Assembly: GCF_001194135.2 (NCBI RefSeq)
Contig: NC_068982.1
Location: 70,043,943-70,107,942, forward strand
Direction of reading: 5' to 3'
Source: Octopus bimaculoides
Lineage: Eukaryota
Length of the DNA stretch: 64,000 bases
In this document: piece after piece, positions 1 through 13,737 of the stretch
Position numbering within the stretch: the first letter of the stretch is position 1
How the letters are laid out: every line of letters starts with the position of its first letter
The notes under the pieces: model-generated
Seen by the model: the letters and a program-made list of their open reading frames with translations, nothing else
What the model was told of the DNA's origin: nothing
Databases searched by the model: none
Position numbers and translations under genes: made by a program

Positions 1-520
1 CCACTAACTCAGTTTTATTGTTTCTTTCAAAAAGATTGTTTAAAAATAAAACCTTTTGTGACAGGAGATACAATAAATGTTGCATGAACTAAAAAAATAA
101 CATATACACACATGTGTATATATATGTGTGTGTGTGTAAAGAACAAGAAGAAAAAAATGAGATTTATCAGGAATGGTGATTTAATTAATATGCCTAAGAC
201 AATATTTAGCTTCCATTTCGTATCGTAAAGTTTAATTTATATGTCATTAGCGCTACTTCTATAAATAGTATTTCACTTTTACAGAATTAATGATATAAAA
301 ATGTACTTTTTCTTTTAAATAAAATAAAATAAACCAAGAAAAATACTCAATAATGAAAAGGGAATTATAATTTTTTTAACTATTAATTTTGCCTTTAGGC
401 ATGATGTTTTTTTTTCTTTTTTTTGACATTTACAAAAGGTTTATAAAGTGATGTATAGGTTTTATCCCTACACATGTTTGAAAACTTAATTAATATTTAA
501 CTAATTTTTACTCTTAACAG

Positions 521-3500
521 TTAGTATCTACATCATTATGTAAGAGAAGTTAGAGCATTCCAAGAAATACCTTGCAGTATTTCTTCCAGCTCTTTATGTC
601 CCGAGTTCAAATTTTGTTGCTGCTTGTTTTGACTTTTGTGTTAGACAAAATGCTAACTGGCATTTCTTCTCAGTTTACATTCTTTGTTCAAATTTCACCC
701 AGGTCAACTTATCTTTTTATCCTTTCAGGGTTGATAAAATAAGAACCATCTGAGCCCTGGGGTCAATGTAATCAACTTACCCATCCCACCAAAATTTCAG
801 GCCTTATGCCTACAGTAGAAAGGATTATTTATCATCATTATTATTAAAATGTGGTGAGCTGTCCAGTTCTTTACATTCTGAATTCAAATCCCACTTAAGT
901 CAATGTTGACTTTCACTCCTTCAGAGCCATTAAAATTAAGTATCCCTCAAATTCTAGGGTTGGTGATATTGACAAACCTAAAAATTACTGGCTTTTTGCC
1001 TAAATTAAACAGATTCTTGTTATCATTTATTAAAATTTGTTGTGGCAGAAGAGATGCAGTATTAGATTGAATATTTCACACTGTTTATTGTCCCTTTGCA
1101 GTCTTGGATCAGATCCTACTGGTGTCAATAAAATAGCAGTCAAACACTAGTTAGGGACATTCCTCTGCCACTGATTTTGCACAAAACTTGCTTGATGTAG
1201 GACATTCTGGTGTTGAAACAATTTTGTTTCTATTCTTCATAATTGGTTTTATTTAGTTGGACGTCAAGCACAGCAGAAAGTAGAGAAATATAAGGATGCT
1301 TGTAAATACTACATGGAAAACTAAATAGAATTACAATTTTTGATATATTTTCCTTCCTAGCTTCACCCTGGCCACACTTTCATCAGTAATGTGAGTAGCC
1401 ATATTGCTTTTCTACAGCAAGAAACAAGTTCTTTACAAGCCCATTTTCTCACCCTCTAGCAAAAAAAAAAGTCACCTCCCTCTCTAGTGAAGCCACAGTT
1501 TGTCAAAGGAGATCTTAATCTTGCAGATGTCACGGTGACCTCACTAGTGCTGTGCTATGTAAAAAAAAAACCCACCTAATTACAAAGTTGTTAGCATTAG
1601 ATTCAGCATCTGGCTGTAGAAACCATGTCAAGGCAGACATCGGAGCACAATGCGGTCTTTGGATCCGTCTTATTCTGTTCTGACCGTCCACCCTGTATCA
1701 ACATAGACATTAAGTGATGATAATGAACTTTTTCCTTTACCAGCAAAAATAATCTGCCGAAGCACGTTTGTATCTTGTAAAGGGAAGTAACTCGATATTT
1801 AATATATCTCAACGTCTCTCCCCTCCTCCTCTCTCTTTATGTCTACCTTCAGTGCCAAATGGTCTATCACCAAAGCAGTTGTGCCAAAACTACACCCCGC
1901 CACCCCATTCTGGTTTACACTGGCCTTGATTCAAGTAAGTCTTAATTTGTGTTTTGGTACCATTAATATTTAAGCTGTTGGAGTTGATGCAGCAGTACAT
2001 AAGATAAAGAACAAGACCTAGACCTTATAGTTGTTAGCTGCATCACTGTTCTGTCTTCTAGTGCTGTTAAACATTAACTTTGTTGTTGTTGGCACTCCGT
2101 CGCTTAAGACGTCGAGGGTTCCAGTTGATCCGATCAACGGAACAGCCTGCTCATGAAATTAACGTGCAAGTGGCTGAGCACTCCACAGACACATGCAACA
2201 TTAACTTTACACTTCATCCTTCTTGAGTGATTTAGTCCAGTATAACATCAAGGCTATTTATATCAGTTTTATGTCTTTCCTTTAAGAAATTGGTCCTGTC
2301 TCTAAATAAAGTTCCTTTTTTTTAAGTAACTTTAATTGCTTTAGATAATTCTATTTGAAGTCTTTTCTATTACAGAGACAGTGTGGTTAAGAAGTTTGCT
2401 TTTCAACCATGTAATTTCAGGTTCAGTCCCACTGTATGATACTTTAGGCTGACCAATGTTTTGTGAGTGAATTTGGTAGATGAAAACTGTAGAAAGACCA
2501 TCATATACATATATCCATACATGCCTATATATGTGTGTAAGTATGTACATTCTGAAAAACTTTAGCTAGATGCAGCAACATTTGTTGTAATTTTCCTTTA
2601 AACAAATTATCTTCTGAACTTTCAGAGACATGTAGAATAAGATATATCTTTCTTGAAAAACAGGTATGGGTTAGCAACAGGAAAGGCTCCAGTTGTAGGC
2701 CCATATCACATGATAATAAGTATGTAAAATGACAGAACACCAGCATTCTAGAAACCAACATCACCTAAAAACGTATAAAATGAAACAATGCATTGATAAT
2801 ATGTATTTGTCTAGCCCATGCTTGCCTGGAAAATAATTAAAACTGCAGTTTTTCAACAAGTGACTTGAAAATAGTGATACTATCTGAGATACAAAACCAC
2901 AAATTTAGGAAATAAGTAACTGAGTAGGATGACACTGCCATACACACACACACACACACATATTCCCCCAATACATGATTGGCATTTTTATCAACCATGA
3001 AAGGATGGAAAGCAAAGTTAATTTTGATGAGATTTGAATTTAGAAAGTATTGTGAAAGCTCAACCTGGGATGAAACTGTATATAAACTACTGTATTCTAT
3101 TCATATAAGAGTGCTTCTTCTCTGAATCTTACCCACCAACAGATTATATATGTATATAACAGAATTTTATAGTATTACCATATTTCCTTACAGTAAAATG
3201 TAAATCGTCTATTCAAAATAAATTACCTTAAACAGAATCAAACTAGAAAATGCAGTTGTTTATTCTCTGCAATAGAAACTATTTCTAAAAATCTAAGAAT
3301 GAATGGATCCTAGATTAATCAAATATCTTTTAAGCTTCAATATGAGTTGCAACTTTTTAACTATGAAGTAAAAGGTTTTGTTTTGTTTTTTCTTTAGATT
3401 AACAGATTAGGAAGGTTGTATGTCGTTTATGTAGTCATCAATCTATATGCATACACAGGAGTCAAAATATTTTCTATACAGTAGATATTGAGTTATCAGA

Positions 3501-6500
3501 TAAATTCATTTGTTTAATCCTTTCCAATGTTATTAGAATTAACACTTTTTTTTTTCATTCTTCCTCTACAACTTTTATGACTTTTGAAATTGAATAAATA
3601 TCTCTTTTCATGCAGATGATGATGGAGTGCTGGGGAGTAAAAACACAAATTTATCTGACAATTCAAATGATAATAATAATAACAATAGATGTGTTAGTCA
3701 CAGCATCTGCAATATTTTTTAAAACTGATTTCCTTCTTTTTCTAAAAGCAATATATTTCTTTGTTTTACATAATTTTGATTTGGAAGAAAATTTTGGCTA
3801 CTCACCTTATTACTTAAACACTGAGTAGTGTTAAATCACTAATGCAGTCACCCAGCAAGTTATAAACCTGTCTATTCTCAGAAAACCTGCCAAGTGATGT
3901 TAGAATTATTATTCATTATTCACTTAAACTCAAGTCAGTTTACGATATTTCTTCATGTTTATTCATAACATGGAATTAATTACTGAAATCTAACTCTGTT
4001 ACCCAAAATAATCCAGTTTGATGAAATTATTGTTAATTGAAAGAAAACCTGAAGTCAGCTTTCTTAAATGAAGGTTTTCTTTTCAATTTAACAAGTTATC
4101 TTCTATTTTTCTACCAGCTTAAAAAAGAATCTCTCAACTCCCCCCCCCTTTCTGCTTTCACTACTCCATTGTCTTCCTATGTTATTGCTTATATCTTATT
4201 TGTGTGTGTGTTATTTATTTTGTTTCATAATTACTCTTGCAATTAAAATGAATTCAATGATCAAAAAATCATTTTGTTTTGTAACTTTTGCATATTTTTT
4301 CTATCTCTCTTTCTCTTTGTCCTAAATGCTAAGACATCGGCTTGCTCTGTAAGACAAGAATATTTAATCCCACTCAAGTGAATCAAGCTTCATTCACCAC
4401 CAATATTTTACAAGTGCATTTGTGAGACACTGGCATTTATCATCTCCTCCCACTCTTTACTGAAATTGTTTCCCTTAAATAAAAGCAATAGGATGGCAAA
4501 CAAACTATAATAGGCTAGTCATAGGCAAAGTGCAGCCTGCAGGACTTTCTGAATAGAATACCCAACAAAAAAAAAAATTACCTTGAAAATTTTTTTTTTA
4601 GTAGTGTGGCCCACCTATTGATGGGCCATGTCTTATGTGGCTCACTTCTCAAAAATGTTTACCCACGCCTAGTATAGACTGATACATATGTGTTAAACAG
4701 AACTGGTAAAAGGTTATCTATCATGAATGCTATAATATTCTGAAGCTGTGTCAAAATTTCTTCAGTAACAGATACATTAATGATGGTTGCATTTAATATT
4801 TATTTTGATTTTGTTGACTTTTTTTTTTTATATATATTTTTGTTTTAAATTTCCCCCCCGTCAATGAAATTATTGTTTGTTATTAAACTAGCCATCACTG
4901 AATAACACAATTTCAGTAACACTTTGTGGAAAGTATTCCAGTTAACTTCTAAACTTTACAACATCTCACTTTTAAATTATTGCCACCACCGAAAATATAT
5001 TTTGAGTTTAATTTATTTATTTTTTTAGACAATATTTATGTATATCTTAGAAATATCAAACGATGGAGGAAAAAAATGATAATGAAGGTTGAAGTTGGCT
5101 TTTATGCTGCCAAACTAGAATCAGCAGGAGACAGTCCATCGCAAACAGTTTTGTAGTAATTGCACCCTTTTAATGTAGGTTCTTTTATTGCAATCATGTA
5201 AAAAAAAAAAGAAAAATGTTAATGAGTTTATTGTGTTTTCTCTCTTCAGTTGGTGAGGTCAAGTGTGTACATTCAATAATAAAATACACACATTTTCATT
5301 CAAACAGGCAATCGCATGTTTCAGTGTGTGTGGTCTGTCAGGTTTGGGTGTGTGCATATATATATATATGTAGTGGTCTATATCAGCCTATGTATACATT
5401 TATATATGACCAGAATATATATATATAAATTGGTCTGACCAGGTTCCTCAATTGAAACTAATATTTTGTAGAATATATATACTGTAATCAAAATATTACA
5501 ATATAACCATTTAATTTCTGCACTTTCAGTTACAGAAATAAAATATAATTTTAGAAAAAAAAAAAAACAATTGCTATCATTATTATTATTATCATCATCT
5601 TTTCGTGTATCTAATTAAAACTCTGCTGGATTTAATTGTCCAAATATGGTGATTTTAGTTACTGAATTTTATTTTAAAAAAATAAACCATGTTTCCCTCA
5701 CAGATTTTTGCTATTAATCTTCAGATGTAAGACAATTGTGATGTTACTAAATTCGATTAAATGTATACTTTTATCCAAAAGAGATGTTTAAAAATATGAC
5801 CTCCGAGTCTTGTCTGCATGGAGGAACTGAGGGTATCTTTGTAATTATATCAAAAACGAAACAATCTACCTTGACATTCATGGTTTTTTTTCGTTTTGTT
5901 TTTTTTTGTTTGTTTTTTTAAGTTTGATCAACTATGCAAGTTGTTTACACTTAAATAATAAAAGAACTTACCTTTCATTCTATTATTTCCAATTGTTCTT
6001 GTTTCTAAGCAAATGCAGACCTCTGCCAGGCAAATACACCTGCTTAAAACATTTAACACTTTGTCTACCATTGGAAGTCATCAGTGCTTCCCGTAGTGGA
6101 TTTTGTTTTTTTAAGCTTCACATTACTGTAGTTCAAACTACAGGCATCCCCCATGTTACAGGATTTCATGCTAAAGGAAATTGTAAAGTACGACCATTAA
6201 TTTCAGGATATGGCCTGTAATTACACTGTTATTGAAACTCATATTACATAGTTTTAAGTTGTTAATTTAAAACTACACTTTCTTTGTAGCTCAACAGCAA
6301 CTTGCATTTTAGTTAAAATCAAAGTATATAGTTAATGATTTGAAAAACTATCAACACGTTACACACATATATATTATGTGTGTGAGTTTGTGTGTTTCTG
6401 TCATCAACATGAACACAAACAGCAACAGTAATATGAAGTAGGTAAGCAAATCCATTTCAAATAAAAACAAAGTGATATCCTAATGTATTTTAGAAGTTGA

Positions 6501-9065
6501 ATGAAATTTCTTTAATCTTAGGTCTATAAGGATTGACTTAAGACTAAACAGTCACAACAATATAATTAGCAAGAACAACATTACCCACCCACCATCACTA
6601 ACATCTAATTCAATGCAACCCATATAATCACCACTATCAACCCACTAACTTGTGTTTGTATGTGTGTCGGTAATGTCATAAGTCAGACGTGCAAGGGCTG
6701 AATTGTCTAAAATCTGGTGACCCTTCAGTTAACAGTAATCATATAGTACTTTCTCTTCTTCAGTCCTTCATCTTTGCATCTTACTTTCATTGTTGCATCA
6801 ATAGGAATAAGACAATTTTTTGCTCTCATAGATCAGTCTTTCCTGGGCCATTTGTGTTTTTATGATATATTTGTTGTGGACAATTAATCAGTGCTGCTGT
6901 TGCATTTGCCTTCAATCTATGATGTCTGGAAAGAAGCTATCAAGTAGAACTGAAGGCAGTAGTGTGAAAAGGAACTGTAAAGGGGTTATGCTGATATTAA
7001 ACTGGATGTTTTAAAAACACTTGATGAGAGACAAAAGCTAAATAATATTACCAAAACATTAAATCTTGTAACATCTACAGTGGGAACAATATGTGACAAG
7101 AGAGAGAAAATTGTCAAGTGTTCAAGAAGCTACTCTGCTAACTGCCTAGACTTTATTTTTCCATAGATTTAATGTAACATTTAAAACAGAAAGACTCATG
7201 AGTGTTGGATCAAGGATCAGGATTGGCATAATGTGCTGATGTTCTTTGCACTCCGTTGCTTACGACGTCGAGGGTTCCAGTTGATGCGATCAACGGAACA
7301 GCCTACTCGTGAAATTAACGTGCAAGTGGCTGAGCACTCCACAGACACGTGTACCCTTAACGTAGTTCTCGGGGATATTCAGCATGACACAGTGTGACAA
7401 GGCTGACCCTTTGAATTACAGGCACAACAGAAATAGAAAGTAAGAGTGAAAGTTGTGGTGAAAGAGTACAGCAGGGTTCGCCACCATCCCCTGCCGGAGC
7501 CTTGTGGAGCTTTAGGTGTTTTTGCTCAATAAACACTCACGATTGAAACCGCGATTGAAACCGTGATCCTATGACCGCGAGTCCGCTGCCCTAACCACTG
7601 GGCCATTGCACCTCCAATGTGCTGATAAACACAATGGTAAAAATTTAAAAAAGGAGCCAAAAGTTTACATGATTTGCTGAAAAACCCTGTAAAGGCTGGT
7701 TTGAAAGCTTTAATATGTTCATGAATTTGCACAACCTAAAAGGGATGGGTGAAACTGCAAGGCTGTTACTGATTATGCTGGGCAGTTGAAGAAAATGATT
7801 GAAAGGGTACCTTTAGTCCTGCAAGCTACACGGTGACCTCACATTTAGTTACTGGTCACACTAAGAGTTGCTGGCACTAACCTCACAACAGCTATAACTA
7901 ATCAACTAAACATTTATATCTGATGAAACAGTAATAACTAGTTAATTACTTGAGCTTTTGTAATCAGAGAGTACCTCTCAATGGAATCCAGACTGAGAGG
8001 AATTGCAATGTTCTTTGTACCTTTCAAAATTATATTATATTATATTCTGCCAAGTGTAGTAGTCATCTAAACACATTGTTATACATAAATCTCTATTGTA
8101 AAAGCACCCAGCACACCCTGTAAAGCATTAGGAAGAGCATCCAGTTGTAGAAACCATGCCAAATCAGACTGGAGTCTGGTGCATTATCCCCCTCCAGACT
8201 TGCCAGCTCTGGGCAAACTGTCCAACCCATGCCAGCATGAACAACAGATGTTAAATGATGATAATGATATAGGTAAAGCTGCATGGTTCAGAAGTTTCAT
8301 GCTCAACCATGTAGCTTTGGGTTCAGTTCCACATGATACTTTGGGCAAGTGTCCTCTACTATAGACTTAGGTTGATCAAAGCCGTGTGAGTGGATTTGAT
8401 AAACAGAAACTAAAAGAAATCTGTTGTGTATGTGTGTTTTTTGTGTCTCCTTTTCTTGACATCATTCAATATAGATGAAGATTACCATCATACAAGCAGT
8501 ATTCCTTGTTACTAGGGAAATATCAACTATAGGGGAAGTGGGGAAATATAACCCTACTTGGAAATAGAGTTAGCAACAGGCAAGGCATCTGGCTGTAGAA
8601 AATCTACCTCAACAAATTCCACTTCAGCCAAGCAAGCATAACAAAGTGAACATTAAATCTATATGTGTGCGTATATATATATATACATATATTCTACTTG
8701 TTTCAGTCATTTGACTGTGGCCATGCTGGTGTACCACCTTGAAGGGTTTTTTTAGCTAAGCAAATTGACCCCCAGCACTTCGTTTTTTTTAAAGCCTGAT
8801 ACTTATTCTATCAGTCACTTTTGCCAAACTGCTATGTTACAGGGACATAAACACACCAACACTGGTTGTCAAGCAGTGATGGTGGGGTACAAACACAAAG
8901 ACACACACACACATATATATGACAGGCTTCTTTCAGTTTCCAAGGATTTGGTCGGCCTGAGGCTATAGTAGAAGACACTTGCCCAAGGTACCATGCAGTG
9001 GTACTGAACCCAGAACCATGTTGTTGGGAAGCAAGTTTCTTGCCACACAGCTATGCCTATATATC

Positions 9066-9096
<31 letters not shown>

Positions 9097-9906
9097 ACAC
9101 AGATGTTATTTCAATCATGACAAAGCAATTGAGACATACTTTTGTTTTCTCTACTGCAAACAGTAACAAAAAATTTTTTTTTAAAGAAACACATGTAAGT
9201 AGCCAAAATTTTAACTTGGAAGAAAAACAAAGACAATGAAAGTGGATGTATGTTTATTATTCTGTTCAATCTGTTGTTTCCATCTGTATTTACATTATTA
9301 TTATTATTATTATTATTGTACATAACTTCATTCAGATTGATCTGATACTTGACCACTCAACAAACAGTCTCAAAACATTGGACGGCGGCATTAGCAACAA
9401 CAAAGCAAAGGGCCACTGAAGCAGCCAGTCTCTTCTCCTCTCTCTTGGATGTATTATCCTATGGAGGAGTCACTTTGTATAAAAATCTGCTACATCTAAA
9501 CTCTTCTGCCAAGAGCCAAACCAAGTGTATTAAGAAAGCAGACAACTAACATTTCAGCGGATGTACCTGAATATTATTACCAGTCAATAGCCAAATGGTC
9601 TGGCGACTTTACACCAGTTGTCTCAATTTCTGTAAGTAACTAGAATTGAGTACATCTTTATATAAATGTCTCCCTATGCCTGTCTATCTCAATTTAAAAT
9701 GAAAATTAGCCAACAAGTGAGTTTCCAGTTTAAAGGCTACTCTTTAAGGGAAGAGTGACCTCTCCTGGTTTTCCTTGCTTCATTTGTGGCTAGGCATATG
9801 GAAAATTTCACATTTTAATAATTTTGTTGGAATAAATTGATTCTAGACGCGATCCCTGCCACTTTCTACTCAACCACGAGCTGACAGGATTAAGTTGAGA
9901 CAGTGA
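521..9906 (+). CDS. Candidate exon chain of an unidentified gene or lncRNA: 521-539, 1102-1121, 1361-1390, 1853-1934, 9558-9631, 9847-9906
   Basis: Strong sites for 1361-1390 (tttccttcctag|...|gtgagt) and 1853-1934 (40-nt pyrimidine tract, |gtaagt); donors |gtaaga at 540 and |gtaagt at 9632. One frame stays open across all six pieces (LVSTSLFLDQILLLHPGHTFISNCQMVYHQSSCAKTTPRHPILVYTGLDSTDVPEYYYQSIAKWSGDFTPVVSISTRSLPLSTQPRADRIKLRQ*). No homolog recognised. Confidence 0.3.
540..830 (+). mobile_element. SINE family B copies, partly tandem (others at about 40880-41030, 44450-44648 and 62525-62650 on the minus strand)
   Basis: ctgagttcaaatt...ctttcatcctttcagggttgataaaataag...caggccttatgcct with (att)n tail. 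Confidence 0.75.
2082..2196 (-). mobile_element. 5'-truncated SINE family A (3' 115 bp) with 12-bp TSD
   Basis: Matches the 3' end of the 7241 and 24664 copies; TSD aacattaacttt at 2070-2081 and 2197-2208. Confidence 0.88.
4513..4673. mobile_element. hAT-like MITE; second copy at about 31314-31457
   Basis: Ends tagtcataggcaaag / gtttacccacgccta and ccagccatgaacaaa / tttgcccgtgcctgg; both interiors share caggactttctgaat and tgtggcccacct. Confidence 0.6.
7241..7615 (-). mobile_element. Near full-length SINE family A with 11-bp TSD
   Basis: Highly similar to 24664-25048; TSD aatgtgctgat at 7230-7240 and 7616-7626; local duplication gattgaaaccg near the B box. Confidence 0.9.
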
Positions 9907-12900
9907 AAGTTGAACTCAGAATCATGAGACAACAAAATATGATGGTGCAAAGTGTCCAGTTTGAGGCATTGACTCTCCACTTTGGAATGTACAAAGATTT
10001 CATTCAGCAAAAATATTCATTTTCCTACACTGTACTGAAAACCAGAAGAATAGAGAGAGACAGAGAGCATGTACACATACATACATTTTATATGAGAAAA
10101 TATGATTGCTCTGTTTATCATAACCAGAAATACTACTAGCAGTACAGTAGTAACCACACCACTATACTGGAAGAAGACTGGATGATGAAACTCTACAAGG
10201 ACCTCTAAACTCACACATCTAACTGTACATACAAGATATATTGGATATGCATGTGTGTACTTTACCATACATCTGCCCAGTAAGTCTTATCTAACCCCAC
10301 TTTCAATTATGCAATAATATGTTTGAAGAGAGAAAATAATGTGGAGCAGGTAGCTAGAGATAGAATCCATTTCCTAATCCCACCCACAAAAAAAAAAAGT
10401 CTTGTTTACTCTAAAAGTAAGAAGAGGAAAATATATACACAGATTTGGCTGCTTCAGTGTTTCCCAGTTGCCATGGCCGAAGCAAGAAAACAATTCTCTA
10501 CCAACAATGGTAACTGATGCTTACAAAATATTGAGGGTTTTTTTTTTTTTTACATAGGTAACAAGCCTCAAATTTATATGGATGGGGAATTGGAAGTTGT
10601 GATGTTTATGCCTTTCCCAAGGATATAAGTGAAGTGGTTTCTAACTTGGTCACAGACTCACAAACATGTCAATTAACAAGGGGTTATTGCCTCACTATAC
10701 CATCTATCAATGATAATAAATAATGCAGCATGTATAAAACTTATTTCCTTTACAGTCTCATGAACGATGGCACAGTTGCCTGGTAAACACGTTCACCATT
10801 AAAATGTTCATCTGATGTCGTGAACTTTTGACCAACTAAAATGTTCCCCGAGTGAAGATCATTCCTTCCATAAACAGTCTCATGTCTTCAGGTGGATGAT
10901 CAACATTCCAATGTTAACCACTTACTCATGGAATCAAACCTCTTCAACATACTATACCCTAAACACCAAAACGTTACTAAAGCATGATTAAACTGTCATG
11001 TCAGAGAACCTTAGAGTCCAAAATGTGACAGAAAAGATAATAAATTGAGAGGGCATGAGTTCTGTTACCAATTTTTTCCCCTTGTCATAAAGTATATTAC
11101 CTAAAACAACTGATTTTACTAAAATCATAGAATCTTTTAGGAGACTTCCACATGAAATGATGAGTAAACTGTTTAAATATATGTGTAACAAAAAGATCAA
11201 ATCCATTTAAAAGCTACAGTATAAAATTCTATAAAACGGTTGCCCTATGAACAGTATTATCACAACAGAAACCATTATTGTAAAAAATAAAAGAAACCAC
11301 CATTATTATTGTTATTATTATAATCATTACTTTTGACAGAGCACTGAAGACAGGTTTATAATACATTAAAATAGCATGCAAGCCTACACTTATATAACTG
11401 AATGAGAAATTATTCCAACTGTACTTGGTTATATAGCAATCACAAACAAAAATGCCATAAATGATCTGCTTTGAGCCACATGACAGAAAAATTGCACAAT
11501 AGAACATTTTCTGGACATACGAGTAATAAAGTATGGTTAAGATTCCAGCAACATTTTGGAATGAAAGCACATGGCCTAGTGCTTAGGGTATTCTACTTAC
11601 AATTACAGGACCATGGTTTCGATTCCAGGACAAGGTAGTGCATTGTATTCATTTCACATTGTTCCAGTCCACTCAGCTGTGATTGAGTAACCCTGCAATG
11701 GACTGGCATCCTGTTGAAGGGAAAATATTGTGATCTTGGTTACTTTTACACCATGAAAACCAGGTAACCAGCCCTATGAGTTTGAGGACTTGAAACAGTG
11801 ATGCCCAGGAGTTGATGATGATGATAATGATTCTTTTGGACAACACCACATTAAGCTAACTGCAGCTCTCTAGGATAAAAAAACAGAACCCAGCAAACTG
11901 TCGAACTTGAATGGAATGAAACAATGGTGACTTTATAATAAAAGATTGCCAATACTTTTGTTAGTTTTAAACACTCTTCTTGCTTTTGTAGCAGAATTTA
12001 TATTCCATAAAATTCTCAGACTTTCAGATATCCCACCCACCCAAGAACATTTAATCCTTGCATTACCATATTTTGGTCAACATACACTGCCTTTGTATCA
12101 ATCCATTTCTAAAATAATGAAGTATTTAACAAAATAATTTTCTCATTATTAAGCAGGGGTCTGGAACAAATTAGCACAAAATTTTGATGGAAGATAAAAA
12201 ATTTAGGCCACTTTAAAACATTATGTCATAGAACCTGGAGTGGTCTCAGACAGGTTGGTATCAAAAGAGTGAAAGTTTATCAACAGCAGTATGTATGATT
12301 GCAAAAAGGCCCAAGACTTAGTTGTTAGGGTGCTACACTCAAGATTATGAAATTGTGGTTTTGATTCCTGAACCAGGCAATGTATTGTGTTCTTGAGCAA
12401 ACCATTTTATTTCACACTGCTCCAGTTCACTCAGCTGTAAATGAGTTCAACGAATAGCTGGGAAGCTAACCTTGTGATGGACTGGCACCCCATTCAGGGG
12501 GGTGGGGTGGAGCGTTATCATTTCAGTCACTTATAAACCATGGAAACTGGATTAAGCTTGACCTTAAAAGTCCTAGGGTTCATTATAGACCTAAGTATAT
12601 ATATTTGCTAGTATTCAAAAGAAGCCAAAGATGTCATGTTTTTTGTTTTGTTGTGTAACTTCAGTCTGTCAAAACTAAAACAACAGGGTTAAAACAAAAA
12701 TGAGTAATTAAATGGACCAAATAACAGATTCCAGGAAATAAAATTTTCTCAATAAATCAACTTATTAGAAAATATATAACCGTTTAACAAACACTTATTT
12801 AGAGTAATAATGTATGTTATTTACTACAACAGTGCTCAGGTCACCTATGATCAATGTATTCTAGCCATGACTACCTCACCTTATTTTCAGACAACATATC

Positions 12901-13083
12901 CAAAAGTACATTATCTAATGTGTACTTCTTTTATTTATGATAGTACAGTGGAGTTTGAGGGGGGATTTGGCTACTGTTTCTAACAGATCAAGCAACTAAA
13001 GAAAAGCTGCTTCATTGACTCAAGTAGTACTGCAGAGAATGGGTATCATCAATTGATTTTTGTGTGTGTGTTTATGCATGTGT

Positions 13084-13118
<35 letters not shown>

Positions 13119-13534
13119 AATAACTTCCACACAATATAACAGACAGTGAATTTATTACTTCAGAACAGTTTTTAGAGGTATTTCATTAGAGCTGTATGTA
13201 CTAATGTTATAGAGATTAAAGATAGGGAAGATAGAGGGTGGGTAAGATTTCATAGCCAATTAACTTTCAGTAATTGGCCTTGCCGATCAAAAAGAAGAAC
13301 AAACAACCAGTGATCCATCCAAAGAAAATATCAAATGAATCCATCAACCCACATAGTTCAAAGCTGTGACTCCTAAAACTTCCAGTGAAATGCCATTGAT
13401 CACACACACACACAAGATCTCAACTGATGAATGTTACTATAACAGTTATCATAAAGAATTAACTGTCTGTTACACTGGAATTAAACAGAATCATTGTTAT
13501 TAAGAACAAGGTAATTTCTTTTACAAAAATTATT

Positions 13535-13737
13535 TTAACCCTTTAGCATTCAGATTGCTCTGTCAAATGTAATTCACATTGTTTTGATAATCATGCATTA
13601 TCTTGTAGCTTTGAGGTTTTGATGATATGATTGTTTATTTTTAGAATGACATTGTAAAGTTGGTGTGAAAGGTTTTGAGCATAAAAGAGGTAGAATATTT
13701 TGGTCAGATATAGCTAGTATAAATGTTAATGGGTTAA
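13535..13737. mobile_element. TTAA-ended (piggyBac-like) MITE family 1; other copies at 23476-23700, 30090-30316, 50463-50683 and about 59510-59729
   Basis: Ends ttaaccctttagcatt / aatgctaaagggttaa, 200-225 bp, with a shared interior (cagattattctgtcaaatgtaatgc...ttttagaatgacattgtag). Confidence 0.8.

Noticed and set aside
7241-7615. tRNA-like A/B boxes in SINE heads (also at 24664-25048 and others)
   Set aside because: These are SINE heads without a complete cloverleaf; no true tRNA gene was found
9574-9630. Minus-strand reading EIETTGVKSPDHLAIDW resembling an LDLR YWTD-repeat fragment
   Set aside because: No other LDLR-type exons nearby, weak splice context, and the plus-strand reading has the better donor
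10750-10960. Minus-strand pieces GYSMLKRFDSM and HETVYGRNDLHSGNILVGQ
   Set aside because: They would need a 40-nt intron, the phases do not join, and no family was recognised
11946-12137. Protein-like ORF (LILALPYFGQHTLPLYQSISKIMKYLTK) with an upstream acceptor
   Set aside because: Its 3' half lies inside a TTAA-ended MITE starting at 12051, so the open frame is probably chance
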